NCBI RefSeq assembly: GCF_030144855.1
Contig: NC_082707.1
Span: 166,904,001 to 166,968,000, forward strand
Direction: 5' to 3'
Length of the DNA: 64,000 nucleotides
From: Hypanus sabinus
Taxonomy: Eukaryota
Part shown: positions 22,870 through 35,125 of the stretch, piece by piece
Numbering within the stretch: position 1 is the stretch's first letter
Layout: every line of letters begins with the position of its first letter
The notes under the pieces: generated by a model
The model's database searches: none
What the model was told of the DNA's origin: nothing
The model's input: the letters and a program-made list of their open reading frames with translations, nothing else
Translations under genes and position numbers: made by a program

Positions 22870-25800
22870 GATGGACGGGCCACACCTGAACCCAAGGAGG
22901 TCCAATATCCTGGCAGGCAGGTTGGCTTAAGTTGTTCGGGTGGGTTTGAGCTAATTTGGCAATGGGATGGAAACTGGAGTGATAGTGCTGAGGATGAGGT
23001 AGTTGGTTGACAAACAGAGGCAACGTGTAGTGAGAGTCTTAGCAAGGAGAGGCTGATGATAGGGCAAAATTGCAGTCAACAGGATGAGCTGCAAGGTGGA
23101 ACCATATAACAATCACAGCACGGAAACAGGCCATCTCGGCCCTCCTAGTCCGTGCCGAACTCTTAATCTCACCTAGTCCCACCTACCCGCACTCAGCCCA
23201 TAATCCTCCACTCCTTTCCTGTCCATATACCTATCCAATTTTACCTTAAATGACACAACTGAACTGGCCTCTACTACTTCTACAGGAAGCTCATTCCACA
23301 CAGCTATCACTCTCTGAGTAAAGAAATACCCCCTCGTGTTTCCCTTAAACTTTTGCCCCCTAACTCTCAAATCATGTCCTCTCGTTTGAATCTCCCCTAC
23401 TCTCAATGGAAACAGCCTATTCACGTCAACTCTATCTATCCCTCTCAAAATTTCAAATCCCCCCTCAACCTTCTACGCTCCAATGAATAGAGATCTAACT
23501 TGTTCAACCTTTCTCTGTAACTTAAGTGCTGAAACCCAGGTAACATCCTAGTAAATCTTCTCTGCACTCTCTCTAATTTATTGATATCTTTCCTATAATT
23601 CGGTGACCAGAACTGTACACAATATTCCAAATTTGGCCTTACCAATGCCTTGTACAATTTTAACATTACATCCCAACTTCTGTACTCAATGCTCTGATTT
23701 ATAAAGGCCAGCGTTCCAAAAGCCTTCTTCACCACCCTATCTACATCAGACTCCACCTTCAGGGAACTATACACTGTTATTCCTAGATCTCTCTGTTCCT
23801 CTGCATTCCTCAATGCCCTACCATTTACCCTGTATGTTCTATTTGGATCATTCCTGCCAAAATGCAGAACCTCACACTTCTCACATTAGAAGGTGGACAA
23901 ATTCAAAAAGGGTGAGTACAGGACTGAAGGTGTTATATATAAAAGTGTGCAGTAAACAGAATAAGGTCGATGAACTTGTAGCACAGTTACAGATTGGCAT
24001 GTATAATGTTGTAGGCATCGCTGAATCGTAGCTGAAGTCAGATTATAGATGGAAGTTCAATGTCCAAGGATACACATTGTAGCTAAAGGACAAGCAGGAA
24101 GACAGAGAGGGTGGCATTGCTCTGTTGGTGAAAAATGAAGTTAAGTTATTAGAAAGAGATGAAATAGGGGTTAAAAAAAGAAATAAAAAGACCCTGATGG
24201 GAGTTATATACAGACCCCCTAACAGTAGTAAGGATGAGGTCTACAAGTTACAATAGGAGATAGAAAATGCATACCAAAAGGGCAATTTTACAAACAGTCA
24301 TGGGGGATTCCAATATGTAGATAAATTGGAAAAAAAAATCAGTTTGGTACTGGATTCCAAGAGGGGAATTTCTACAAAGCCTATGAGATGGGTTTTTAGA
24401 ACAGCTTGTGATTGAGCCCTCCAGGTTGGACCAGCTCCTCTAGATGGGGCGTAGTGTAATGAATCAGAATCGATCAGCGAGCTCAAGGTAAATGAACTTT
24501 TAGGGGAAGGTGACCATAATGTAATCAAATACACCCTGAAATTAGAGAAGGAGAAACTAAAGTCAGTTTTATCAATATTACAGTGGAGTAAAAGGAATGA
24601 CAAAGGCTTGAGAGAGGAGTCGGCCAGAATTGATTTGAAAAGAACACTGGCAGGGATGACAGCAGAGCAGCAATGGCTGGAATCTCTGGAAGCAATTCAA
24701 AAGGCACAGGATATATACATCTCAAGGAGGAAGATATATTCTAAAGCAAGAATACAACTGTGGTTAACAAGAGAAGTCAAAGCCAAAGAGAGGGCATATA
24801 ATACAGCAAAAATTAATGAGAAATTAGAGGATTGGGAAACTTTCAAATACCAACAGAAGGTAACTAAAAAGTTATTAAGAATTTAAAGATGGAATACGAA
24901 AGTAAACTAGCCAATAATATTAAAGAGGATACCAAAAGTTTCTTCTGGTATATAGTGTAAAAGAGAGGTGCGAACGGCTATCAGACCACTGGAAAATGAT
25001 GCTGGAGAGGTAGTAATGGGGAGCAAGGGAATAAGGGATAAACTGAGTAAGTATTTTGAATCAGTCTTCACTGTGGAAGACACGAGCGGTATGGTGGAAG
25101 TTCCAGGTGTCAGGGGTCATGAAGTCTGTGAAGTTACCATAACTAAAGTAAAGGTTCTTGGGAAACTGAATGGTCTGAAGGAAGATAAGTCACCTGGACC
25201 AGAAACTGTATATCCCATGGTTCTGAAAGAGGTGGCTGAAGAGATCCTGAAGGCATTAGTAATGATCTTTTAAGAAAAACTGGATTCTGGAATGATTCCA
25301 CAAGATGGGAAAATTGCAAATGTCACTCTTCGAGAAGGGGAGATGCAGAAGAAAGGAAACTATAGGCAAGTTAGCCTGACCTCAGTGGTTGGAAGATGCT
25401 GGAGTTGATTGTTAAGGATGTGGCTTTGGGATACTTGGAGGCACGTGATAAAATAGGCCAAAGTCAGCATGGCTTCCTCAAGGCAAAACCTTGCCTGACA
25501 AATCTGTTGGAATTCTTTGAAGAAATTATAAGCAGGATAGACAAAGGAGAATCAGTTGATGTTGTGTGCTTGGATTTTCAGAAAGCTTTCCACAAGCTGC
25601 CACACATGAGGCTGCTTAAAAAGCTACAAACCCATAGCATCACAGGGAAGATTCTAGCATGGATAAAGCAGTGGATTATTGGCAGGAGGCAAAGAGTGGG
25701 AATAAAGGGAGCCTTTTCTGGCTGATTGCCGGCGACTAGTGGTGTTCCGCAGGGGTCTGTGGTGAGACGGACTCTTTTTATATTATATGTTAATGATATG

Positions 25801-26707
25801 GATGATTGCTAGCTTTGTTTCAGTATTTACAGATGATAACAAGATAGGTGGAGGGGAAGGTAGCTTTGAGGAAGTAGAGAGGCCACAGAGGCAATTGGAC
25901 GAATTGGAAGAATGGGCAAAGAAACGCCAGATTGAATACACTGCCGAGAAGTGTATGGCCATGCACATTGGTAGAAGAAATGAAAGGCTTGACTATTTTC
26001 TAAATGGAGAGAAAATACAAAAAACTGAGGTGCAAGGGGACTCTCAAGTCCTTGTGCAGGATTCCCTAAAGGTTAATTTGCAGGATGAGTCTGTGGTGAG
26101 GAATGCAAATGTGATGTTAGCATTCATTTGAAGAGGACTAGAGCATAAAAGCAGTGGTGTGGCCTCACTTGGAGTATTGTGAGCAGTTTTGGGCCCCTTA
26201 TCTTAGAAAGGATATGCACAAACTGGTGATGGTTGAAAGGACTTACACGAAAATGATTCCAGGCTTGAACAACTTGTCATTTGAAGAGTGTTCAATGGCT
26301 CTAGACCTGTATTTACTGGAATTCAGAAGAATGAGGAGTGACCTCATTGAAACCTATCGTATGGTGAAAGACCTTGATAGAGTGGATGTGGAGAGGATGT
26401 CTCCTCTGGTGGAAGAGTCCAAGACCAGAGGACGCAGCCTCAGAATAGAATGGAGATGAGGAGGAATTTGTTGAGCCAGGGAGTGGTGAATCTGTAGAAT
26501 TCTTTGCCACAGGCAGCTGTGGAGGTCATCTGTATGTATATTTAAGGCAGAGGTTGCTAGATTCTTGATTGGTCAGGGCATGAAGGGATACAGGAAGAAG
26601 GCAGGAGACTGGGACCGTGAGGAAAATTGGATCAGCCATGATGAAATGGCGGAGCAGACCTGATGGGCCAAATTGTATAATTCTGCTCCTATATCTTACA
26701 GTCTTAT
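22870..26707 (+). mobile_element. Near-full-length CR1 LINE (end of ORF1 plus ORF2 APE-RT), frameshifted
   Basis: DELVAQLQIGMYNVVGIAE (APE), DKSPGP, QSQHGFLK..CLTNLLEFFEE..DFQKAF, LEYCEQFWAPYLRKD, and 3' tail tatcttacagtcttat. Confidence 0.92.
23101..23889 (-). mobile_element. Young 5'-truncated CR1 insertion nested in CR1
   Basis: Almost intact ORF2 C-terminus ([19 protein letters not shown]). 8-bp TSD AAGGTGGA at 23093-23100 and 23890-23897. Confidence 0.93.
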
Positions 26708-27242
26708 ATTTATTTTCCCTTATGATATGGAAGGAGACCATTTGGCTTATCGAGTCTACACTTCTTTTTCCAGAGAACAAACCTGTCAATCCAGTTCACT
26801 CTGCAGTGTTAGCAATGATAAGGCGACTAAACCTGAGCCACAAAAAATAAAGAACTGAGCAAATATGACTGTTCCATTGGGAAATAATTCTTAGATAAGG
26901 TAATTCATTTCTTTGTGAACCACATACTTAATAAAGCCATCTGTTCGCTTTTTGCTGTTTCAGTTTGTACAAGTTCATTCCTTGAAATACTGACGGAATA
27001 ATCTTGAGACATCATTTTTCACAACAGCCATGTTAACTTTGACAGAAACTGGATGATCCCACACACTCACTTTATACAATCATCTGTACAAATACACTAA
27101 CTCAACACACAGTTAAAATAACTTCCTCTAGGTACCACAGTAAAGCTTTGAAGTACTATCATTGAGTCAGCGCTAAAACACACTTTTAAATTCAGCTTGT
27201 CACTTTACAAAACTCTCTTACAGGACACAGAACTGTTCTTAC

Positions 27243-27287
27243 CATTTCCATCAAATCGAGTGGTGCTTGCACCAGTACTGACAACTG
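27243..27287 (-). CDS. AMN: Amnionless exon 3 (45 nt)
   Basis: ttttgtag|CAG...ATG|gtaaga. QLSVLVQAPLDLMEM versus human MVSVLVQEGHAVSDM. Phase 0/0. Confidence 0.93.
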
Positions 27288-27372
27288 CTACAAAACAAAA
27301 GAGCAGAGCACAAGTTTGTTTGATAATCTCTGAAAATAAAAATAAAGGTAATACAATTATATTCTTACATAC

Positions 27373-27491
27373 CTTATCACTAGGAAATAGGACTCTGTCA
27401 TTTTTACAAGGTATTTTCCCTTTGTCCCAGTTTGAGGCATTGTTGAAATTGGTGTTAGGAATCCATTGTTTGTAGAAGGCACCTGAAACAT
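27373..27491 (-). CDS. AMN: Amnionless exon 2 (119 nt)
   Basis: atgaaag|AT GTT...GAT AAG|gtatgt. VSGAFYKQWIPNTNFNNASNWDKGKIPCKNDRVLFPSDK versus human [22 protein letters not shown]. An alternative acceptor 9 nt downstream is possible. Confidence 0.92.
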
Positions 27492-27564
27492 CTTTCATGG
27501 GAATAATAGGAGATATTTGGAAAAGAAGCCACAGACACCAAGATTTACTAACCCAGTTGAGCAG

Positions 27565-27845
27565 AGGCACAGCTAGTAAAGTTGCTGCTTCACAGCTCGA
27601 ACAATCCAGGGTCAATCTCTGACCTTTGGAACCATCTCAATGGAGACTGCACACTCACCCGACCATGCAAATTGTTGGGTTAATTGGCCACTGTAAATTG
27701 CCTGTTATGTAGGTAAGGGATAGAATCTGAGAGGAGTTGATGGACACATGGGAAGAATACACTGCAGGGTTCGTGTAAGCGAGTGCTTGGCGATTCATGC
27801 AGGTTCATTGGGCCAGAGGGCCTATTTCATTACTGTATGACTACG
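27565..27845 (+). mobile_element. V-SINE/HE1-like SINE
   Basis: tRNA-like head, ggttaattggccactgtaaattgcc core and CR1-like tail gggccagagggcctatttc...tgtatgact. Confidence 0.65.
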
Positions 27846-28854
27846 GCACCAAGTAAAATCTGAGCAGGTGCTGTTCATGGTTACTGCATTAGTAAAATTT
27901 AACACTGTTAACATACAGGACTATGTATCCCAATCAAACCCATTGAATTCATCCATGTATAACAAAACATTTTTTGTCAATCGTAGAATTTTGAAGACCA
28001 TGTCAAGCGTTACTTTTTTTCTTGAGGATCTGGTTCCCAAGGTAGTTTCCAAAATTAGCTTTGTAACTGAGTTATGCACATGTTCCCTTATCCTAAATCA
28101 TGGGTTAACCCAAGAACACTCAAATTAAACTTCCACTTCACCTGTGGCCATGAGTTTCCAGGTGCTTTCCTTGTGATGTAGTCCAATGAACCTGGTGTTG
28201 AAATGCAGAAAACAACATCCGCTACCTCCAGCCCTGCCCAACTCCACTACGGGCAACAGCGGAAATAAAGGTTGTATTGGATCACTTTTCCCCTAATGGC
28301 AAATAATCTGGGAGACAGCTGTTTAGCCATGTTAAATATGGTGGGTTTTATCTAAAGTACAAGTTCTATAAACTACTGCTTCTACAGAAAACAGAACAGG
28401 ACTTTGCAAGCAGAGAAGCTTTAAATAATTTGAAGGGATTGATGCTCTTCTAGAAGTTAATGAAGTTTTGCAGTTACCAATTACTTTTAACATAACTTTG
28501 ATCTTTTGGAAATTAAAAAGTCGCTTGCCAGCAGCAGTTGTAAAGTTAATTTGGTGACTAACAAGGACAGATTACTGGGTATTTAGAGTCAACAGTGACT
28601 TACTTCAGTCATTGAATTTTTAACTAGTTCTAAATTCATAAACCAACATACAGATTCCAGTTCTGCAGGGTACTGGAGAACAAAACATGTTTTTTTATAT
28701 ATGAGCAGTGGAATGTGATGATAAGAGAAAGAGGTACTGTTCTGAATCTAACCACCTACTCTTGACATTTAATGGCATTATGCATGCCAAGCCTACCAGC
28801 ATCAACTGTTCAGTGGAAGTTACCACCAACCAGAGTCTGAGTCTGCCTCTGTGA

Positions 28855-31800
28855 CTCAGAGGGGAAGGAGGGAGAAGAGGTGAGCAGAGGTGATGGGGGA
28901 TTTGTTAGTTAGGGGAAAAGAAAGGTGGTTCTGTGGACACGAATGAGATTCCCGGATGATATGTTGCCTCCCAGATGCCAAGGTTTGGGACATGTTGGAT
29001 CGAGTCCTCAGTATTTCTAAGTGGGAGGGTGAGCAGGCAGATGCTGTGGTCAATGAAGGTACCAATGACATAGGGTAGGAAGTGTGACAATGTTCTGCAA
29101 AGTGAGTCCAGGTAGTTAGGTGCTATGTTAAAGGATCAGACCTCCACGGGTGTGACCTCAGGATTGCTACTCGTGCCATGTGTTTGAGAGGCTAGAAATA
29201 GGAAGATCAGACAGTTTAACATGTGGCGATGGAGCATCAGATGTTTGGATCATTGGGCTCTCTTCCAGGGAAGGTTTGCAGAAGAGTTTTCTCTACAGAA
29301 GAGACGGTTTGCACCTGAACCAGAAGGGGACTAATATCCTAGTGGGAAAGTTTGCTGGTGTGGCCCAGGTGGGTGGGGTGGGGGTTTCAGGAGGATGGGA
29401 GCCAGAGTGCTAGAACAGATATTGGAGAGTTGGTGGAGACAAATGTTGTCAAGACCTCAGACAAAGTCAGGAATCAAAAGGTTGAACATGGTCAACTAAT
29501 GTACTGAACTGTGCATATTCCAATGCAAGAAGTATAGGAAAGACAAATGAGCTCAGGGTATGGTTCAACACCAGAAATTATGATATAGTAGCCATTATTG
29601 AGACTTGGTTGCAGGAGGGGCAGGACTGGCAGCTCAATATTCTGGGATTCCATTGATTTAGATGTGACAGAGCGTGAGGGATGGCATTGCTTGTCAGGGA
29701 AATTGTCACAGTAGTGCTCAGTCAGAACAGACTGAAGAACTCGTCTGGTAAAGAGTTATGGGTGGACCTGAGGAATAAGAAAGGGATGACCATGTTAATA
29801 GGGCTATATTGCAGACCACCCAACAGTCCATGAGATTTAGAGGAATAAATGTGTAGAGAAATTGCAGGCTGTTACTAGAAACATAAGGTTGATTTTAGTA
29901 AGTGATTTTAACTTTCCACATATTGAATGGGTCTCCCACACTGTAAAAGGACTAGATGAGATAGAATTTGTCAGATGAGTTCAGGAAGGTTCCCTTAATT
30001 AGTGCGTAGAAATCCCAGGGAGAGAGTGTGTCTTGCTTGATCTGCTATTAGGGAATGAGATAAGGGAAGTGACAGAAGTTTGTGTAGGCAAAACATTTTC
30101 ATCTAGTGACCGTAATGCGATTAGCTTCAAAGAAAAAATTCAAAAAAAGCTAGGTCTGGACTGTGGGTTGAGATTCTAAATTGATAAATTGAAGGAAAGG
30201 CCAATTATGATGGTATCAGAAAGAATCTAGCAAGTGTGGATTAAGATAGACTGTATTCTGGCGAAGGTGTACTTGGTAAATGGGAGGCCTTCAAAAGTAA
30301 AATTTTGAGAGTGGAGTTTGTATGTGCCTCTCAGAATAAAAGGTAAAGACAACAGGTTTAGGAAACCTTCAGTTCAAGAGATATTGAGGTTCTGGTTCAG
30401 GAAAAAGGAGGTGCATAGCAGGTACAGGCAGGGAGGAACAAATGAGGTACTTAAGGAGCTTAAGAAATGAAAGCGAACACTTAAGAAATCAAAGGGGCTA
30501 AAAAAACGTGTGATGTTGCCCTAGCAGACAAGGTAAAGGAGAATCCTAAGGATTCTACAGATATGTTAAGAGCAAAAACATTACAAGGGACAAAATTGGT
30601 CCTTTGGAAGACCAGAATGGTAATCTATGTGGGAGCTAAATGAAATGGGGAAGATCTTAAATGAATTGTTTGCATCTGTATTTACTCAGGAATCAGACAT
30701 AGAGTCTATAGAGAGAGACAAAGCAGCACTGAGTTCATGAACCCTGTACGGATTACAGAGGAGGAAGTGTTTACTGTGTTGAGGCAAATTCGGGTGGATA
30801 AATACCCAGCGTTTGATGAGGTGTTCCCTCAGATCCTTTCGGGAGGGGGCAAGTGCAGAAATATTTAAATCATACTTAGCAGCAGGTGAGGTACCAGAGG
30901 TTTTGAGGATAGACAATGTTGTTCCACTGTTCGAGAAAGGCTCTTAAAAATCAGTAAATTATAGGCTGGTAAGCCTGATATCAGCGGTGGGAAAGTTATT
31001 GGAATGCATTCTAAGGGACCAGATATATAGGTATATGGATAGATGTGGACTAATTAGAGATAGACAGCATGGCTTTGTGGATGGTAGGTCATGTTTAATC
31101 AATCTTAGAGTTTTTCAAGGAAGCTACCAGGAAAGTGGATAAAGGCAAGATAGTGAATACTTTCTACATCGACTTCAGCAAGGCAGTTGACAAGGTCCCG
31201 CATGGGTTCAGTGTTCGGCATTCAGAATGAAGCAGTAAATTCGAGTAAACATTGGCTTAGTGGTAGTAGATAGTTGCCTCTCTGACTGGAGGCCTGTGAC
31301 TAATGGTGTGCCACAGTTGCTAAGCCCATTGTTGTTTGTCAATAATGATTTGGAAATAATGTGGTTAACTGCATCAGCAAATTTGCAGATGACACCAAGA
31401 TTGGGAGTGTAATGGACAGTGAGGAAGACTATCAGAGATTGCAATGGGATCTGGACCAGCTGGAAAAATGGCAGATGGAATTTAATGCAGACAAGTTATA
31501 CTTTGGTAGGACTTGCACAGTGTACGGTAGGACACTGAGAAATACATAAGAACAAAGAGATCTGGGAATACAGAAACATAATTTATTGAAAGTGGCTTCA
31601 CAGGTAAATAGGGTCGTAAAAAAGCTTTTGGCACATTGGCCTTCGTAAATCAAGTTACTGAGTACAGGAGGTGGGATGTTACATTGAAGTTGTAGAAGAC
31701 ATTGGTGAGGCCTCATTTGGAGCATCGTTTGCGGTTTCAGTCACCTACCAACAGAAAAATGTAAACAAAGTTGAAAGAGTAGAGAAAATGTATAAGAATG

Positions 31801-32051
31801 TTGCCAGGACTGGAGGATCTGAGTTATAAGAAAAGATTGAATAGGTTAGGCCTTTATTCATTGGAACATAGAAGATTAAGCTTGAGTTCAACGTTTAGGA
31901 GAAGTTTGGATAGGTACATGGATGGTAGGGTTATGGAGGGCTATGGCCCCGGAGCAGGCCGATATGAGTCGGTAGTTTAATTGCTTTGGCATGGACTAAA
32001 TGGGCTGAAGGGCCAGTTTCCATTCTGTACTTTACTATGACTCTGACTCTA
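28855..32051 (+). mobile_element. Near-full-length CR1 LINE with SGNH-esterase-like ORF1 remnant
   Basis: ORF1 motifs VMGD, GTNDIG and LYRRDGLHLNQKGT, then APE and RT motifs (ISKFADDTKIG) and a tatgactctgactct tail. Confidence 0.9.
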
Positions 32052-32054
32052 ACC

Positions 32055-32340
32055 TGGATTCAATGCTGACCTCCAGAGCTGGCAATGTGAAATTCGTGCG
32101 ATCCTCTGAAATCATGTGGGGTTTCCCTGGCTATTCTGGGTTCCTCCCACTCGTAAAGACATGCTGGGTGATAAATTGTTACTGTGAAATATCGCTAGCA
32201 TAGATGAGTGCCAAGAGACTCAGGTTGAAGTTGATAAACGTCTGAGATAGAACAGGTTGCAGAGAAATAAATGGGCAAATGGGATTGATGGATACTGGCA
32301 CAAACTCAATAGGGCAAATAGCCTCTTTACATTTTACAAA
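32055..32340 (+). mobile_element. V-SINE/HE1-like SINE
   Basis: Core atgtggggtttccctggctattctgggttcctcccac...aaagacatgctggg. Confidence 0.65.
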
Positions 32341-32462
32341 AAGCATGAAACAATAGGAAGTAAATATTAATTGAAGGTCTTGCCTGATCAACTCAATTCA
32401 TTTTTTTGAGGAGGTAACAAGTTCAGTGAGGGTGGTGCACTTGATGTAGTACATATGGATTT

Positions 32463-33330
32463 TAGAAACATAGAAACATAGAAAATAGGTGCAGGAGTAG
32501 GCCATTTGGCCCTTCGAGCCTGCACCGCCATTCAGTATGATCATGGCTGATCATCCAACTCAGAACCCTGCACCTGCTTTCTTTCCATACCCCCTGATCC
32601 CTTTAGCCACAAGGGCCTTATCTAACTTCCTCTTAAATATAGCCAATGAACCGGCCTCAACTATTTCCTGTGGCAGAGAATTCCACAGATTCACCACTCT
32701 CTGTGTGAAGAAGTTTTTCCTCATTTCCTAAAATGCTTCCCCTTTATCCTTAAACTGTGACTCCTCGTTCTGGACTTCCCCAACATCGGAAACAATCTTC
32801 TTGCATCTAAGCCTGTCCAATCCCTTTAGAATTTTATACGTTTCAATAAGATCCCCCCTCAATCTTCTAAATGTCAGCGAGTATAAGCCTAGTTGATCAG
32901 TCTTGCTTCATATAAAAGTCCTGCCATCCCGGGAATCAATCTGGTGAACCTTCTCTGTACTCCCTCAATGGCAAGAATGTCTTTCCTCTGATTAGGGGAC
33001 CAAAACTGCACACAATATTCTAGGTGCGGTCTCACCAAGGCCTTAGAACCTCTCTGCTCCTGTACTCAAGTCCTCTTGCTATGAATGCCAACATACCATT
33101 CGCCTTTTTCACCACCTGCTGTACCTGCATGCCTACTTTCAATGACTGGTGTACAATGACACCCAATTCTCATTGCACCTCCCCTTTTCCTAATCTGCCA
33201 CCATTCAGATAATAATCTGTTTTCCTGTACTTGCCACCAAAGTGGATAACCTCACATTTATCCACATTAAATTGCATCTGCCATGAATTTGCCCACTCAC
33301 TTAACCTATCCAAGTCACCCTGCATTCTCT
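32463..33330 (-). mobile_element. Younger CR1 3' fragment nested in an older plus-strand CR1 RT fragment (32380-33800)
   Basis: QGDLDRLSEWANSWQMQFNVDKCEVIHFG and (tagaaaca)n tail. The host motif DVVHMDF|NKAFDK is split by the insertion. Confidence 0.88.
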
Positions 33331-34923
33331 TAACAAGGCTTTTGACAAAATGCCACATAATAAGCTGGGTAAAAAGGTAGAAAGCCATGCTAAGTAAGGG
33401 AGAGTGAGATAATGGGTCCAAAATTAATTCACAGGCAGCAAGTACAGAGTAATGGTGGATGGAAGTTTTTGTGACTAGGAGACTGTTTTCAGAGGGGTTT
33501 CACAGAGCTCATTACTTGATCCTTTCTAGTTGCATGTATTAATGATTTAGTGTCCAATGGGTCTACAGTAAAGGAACTTGTGATAATACTACATTCTGCA
33601 TTCTTGGCAGTAAGTTTTGGTCTACAGGCGATGAAGTTTTTTAGTCACTTGACAAAGGGAACTTGATCTAAAGTGTGAGATTTTTGCATCTGGAGAGCAG
33701 AAACAAAACAAGAAAAAAAATAGAATAAACAGAGGTATAGAGTGACAGGGTTACAGACCTACAGCTAGAGATGGGATTAATCTGAATGTCCTTAGATATT
33801 CCAATTTTTCTGCAAATCTATGACAGATGTGTGACTAACTGACAATTCCTTCATAGATCCAGCAAATGCCTGACAGTGCTGGTTAATTCCGTGTAGCTCA
33901 AAAGCTGCTGGCATAATAACACACCTATAATTAATTCTAATTGCCTCAGTTGTCAGACCGGTTGTCAAGTGTCACACCGTCAATGCTAGCACTCTCTGCT
34001 CTGAGCCAGAAGACTGAGGGCATAAGATCCCTGTCAGACTTGAGCACAACATCTGGGGAGCAGCACAACCCGTACCAATAAAATAAACATTGTTATTTAC
34101 CTCATTGTTTGTAGGGTTTTGTTGTGCACAGTCTGGCCGCTGCAACTTCAGTGATGTAATGCCAGAAAACTTATAAATTATACTAACCTGACTCTATTCC
34201 CTATAAGTTTGAAGGTTAAAGGTCAATGATTGAAGGGTTCACGACAGCAAAGGAAACTGATAAGGTAGATAGAGACTCTGCTAGCTAAGGAGTCAAAGAG
34301 GAGGCTTGACATTGGAACTCATTTGTCTGCATGCAGACAGTGAGAAGTTGGATATCCGCTTTGTTCTGGAAATTGATAGCAAGTAAATTGAAGGACCTTT
34401 GTTAATTACCATATCTCTTAATACAACACAAAGGGAGGAAGGTGGAATTCAGTCACAAATCAAACAAAACCATTCACCATTAATTTTATCAAAGTGTCTG
34501 CATATACAGTAAATACTAGATCTAGAATATAAATAGCATGGAAGGCACATTAACTGAAGGTGATTGATGTGGCTTCAAGAGTAGAACTGTGCTTATAGCT
34601 GAGATTTTGCTGCCTTATCATTCTGAACAAAATGAGGTAGCACAAAATGTTAAACTCCCATTGTTTACACTTCCGTAGTCTTTTAAAAAAAATCCCCTGA
34701 TAAATTGCACCTTGCTTACTAATGTCAAGTTCACACACTGTTTATGTTCCACGCACGGCTTATTTTGACTGCATATATGGAAAACAGGTCAGCCATTCTT
34801 TTAAAGAGAATTTCAAACTTATTGGTGCATACACCCTTAGTAATCAGGGATTTTGCTTTTCAATTTGACGTTCAATTTAGTTATTTATCTCAATACTAAA
34901 ATTACTACAGAAGCACCACTTAC

Positions 34924-34960
34924 GGAATAGCAGACTGAAGATAACATTTGCTGACCACAT
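34924..34960 (-). CDS. AMN: Amnionless exon 1 coding part (signal peptide, 37 nt)
   Basis: ATG TGG TCA GCA AAT GTT ATC TTC AGT CTG CTA TTC C|gtaagt. Phase 1 joins exon 2 to give MWSANVIFSLLFHVSGA-FYKQW, a plausible signal peptide. Found by eye, with no strong homology. Confidence 0.78.
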
Positions 34961-34974
34961 GTTCCTTTACCAAG

Positions 34975-35125
34975 AAGAATATTTATTCCCTTGGTTGTTT
35001 TGCAGTTTTCACTTGCAGCTTACAGTAAACTTTGAACTGTCTGAGGGTGGAAATAGTATGAAGTAATTGCAGCAGTTAACCAGTAATAAGGCATAGTGCT
35101 GAGTAACACAAAAATCCTTATCTAA
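34975..35125 (-). promoter_or_regulatory. Putative AMN proximal promoter
   Basis: Upstream of the ATG: AT-rich AATAAATA near 34980-34987, HNF4-like DR1 AGTTCAAAGTTTA (35038-35026), HNF1-like GTTAACCAGTAAT (35075-35087) and GATA AGATAAG (35123-35117). Confidence 0.55.

Noticed and set aside
27070-27110. Minus-strand VSVFVQMIV resembling AMN exon 3, followed by gtgagt
   Set aside because: In-frame stop and wrong length. The true 45-nt exon is at 27243-27287.
27205-27615. 136-aa ORF as a single exon
   Set aside because: It is exon 2 read through flanking intron sequence; exon 3 is in another frame.
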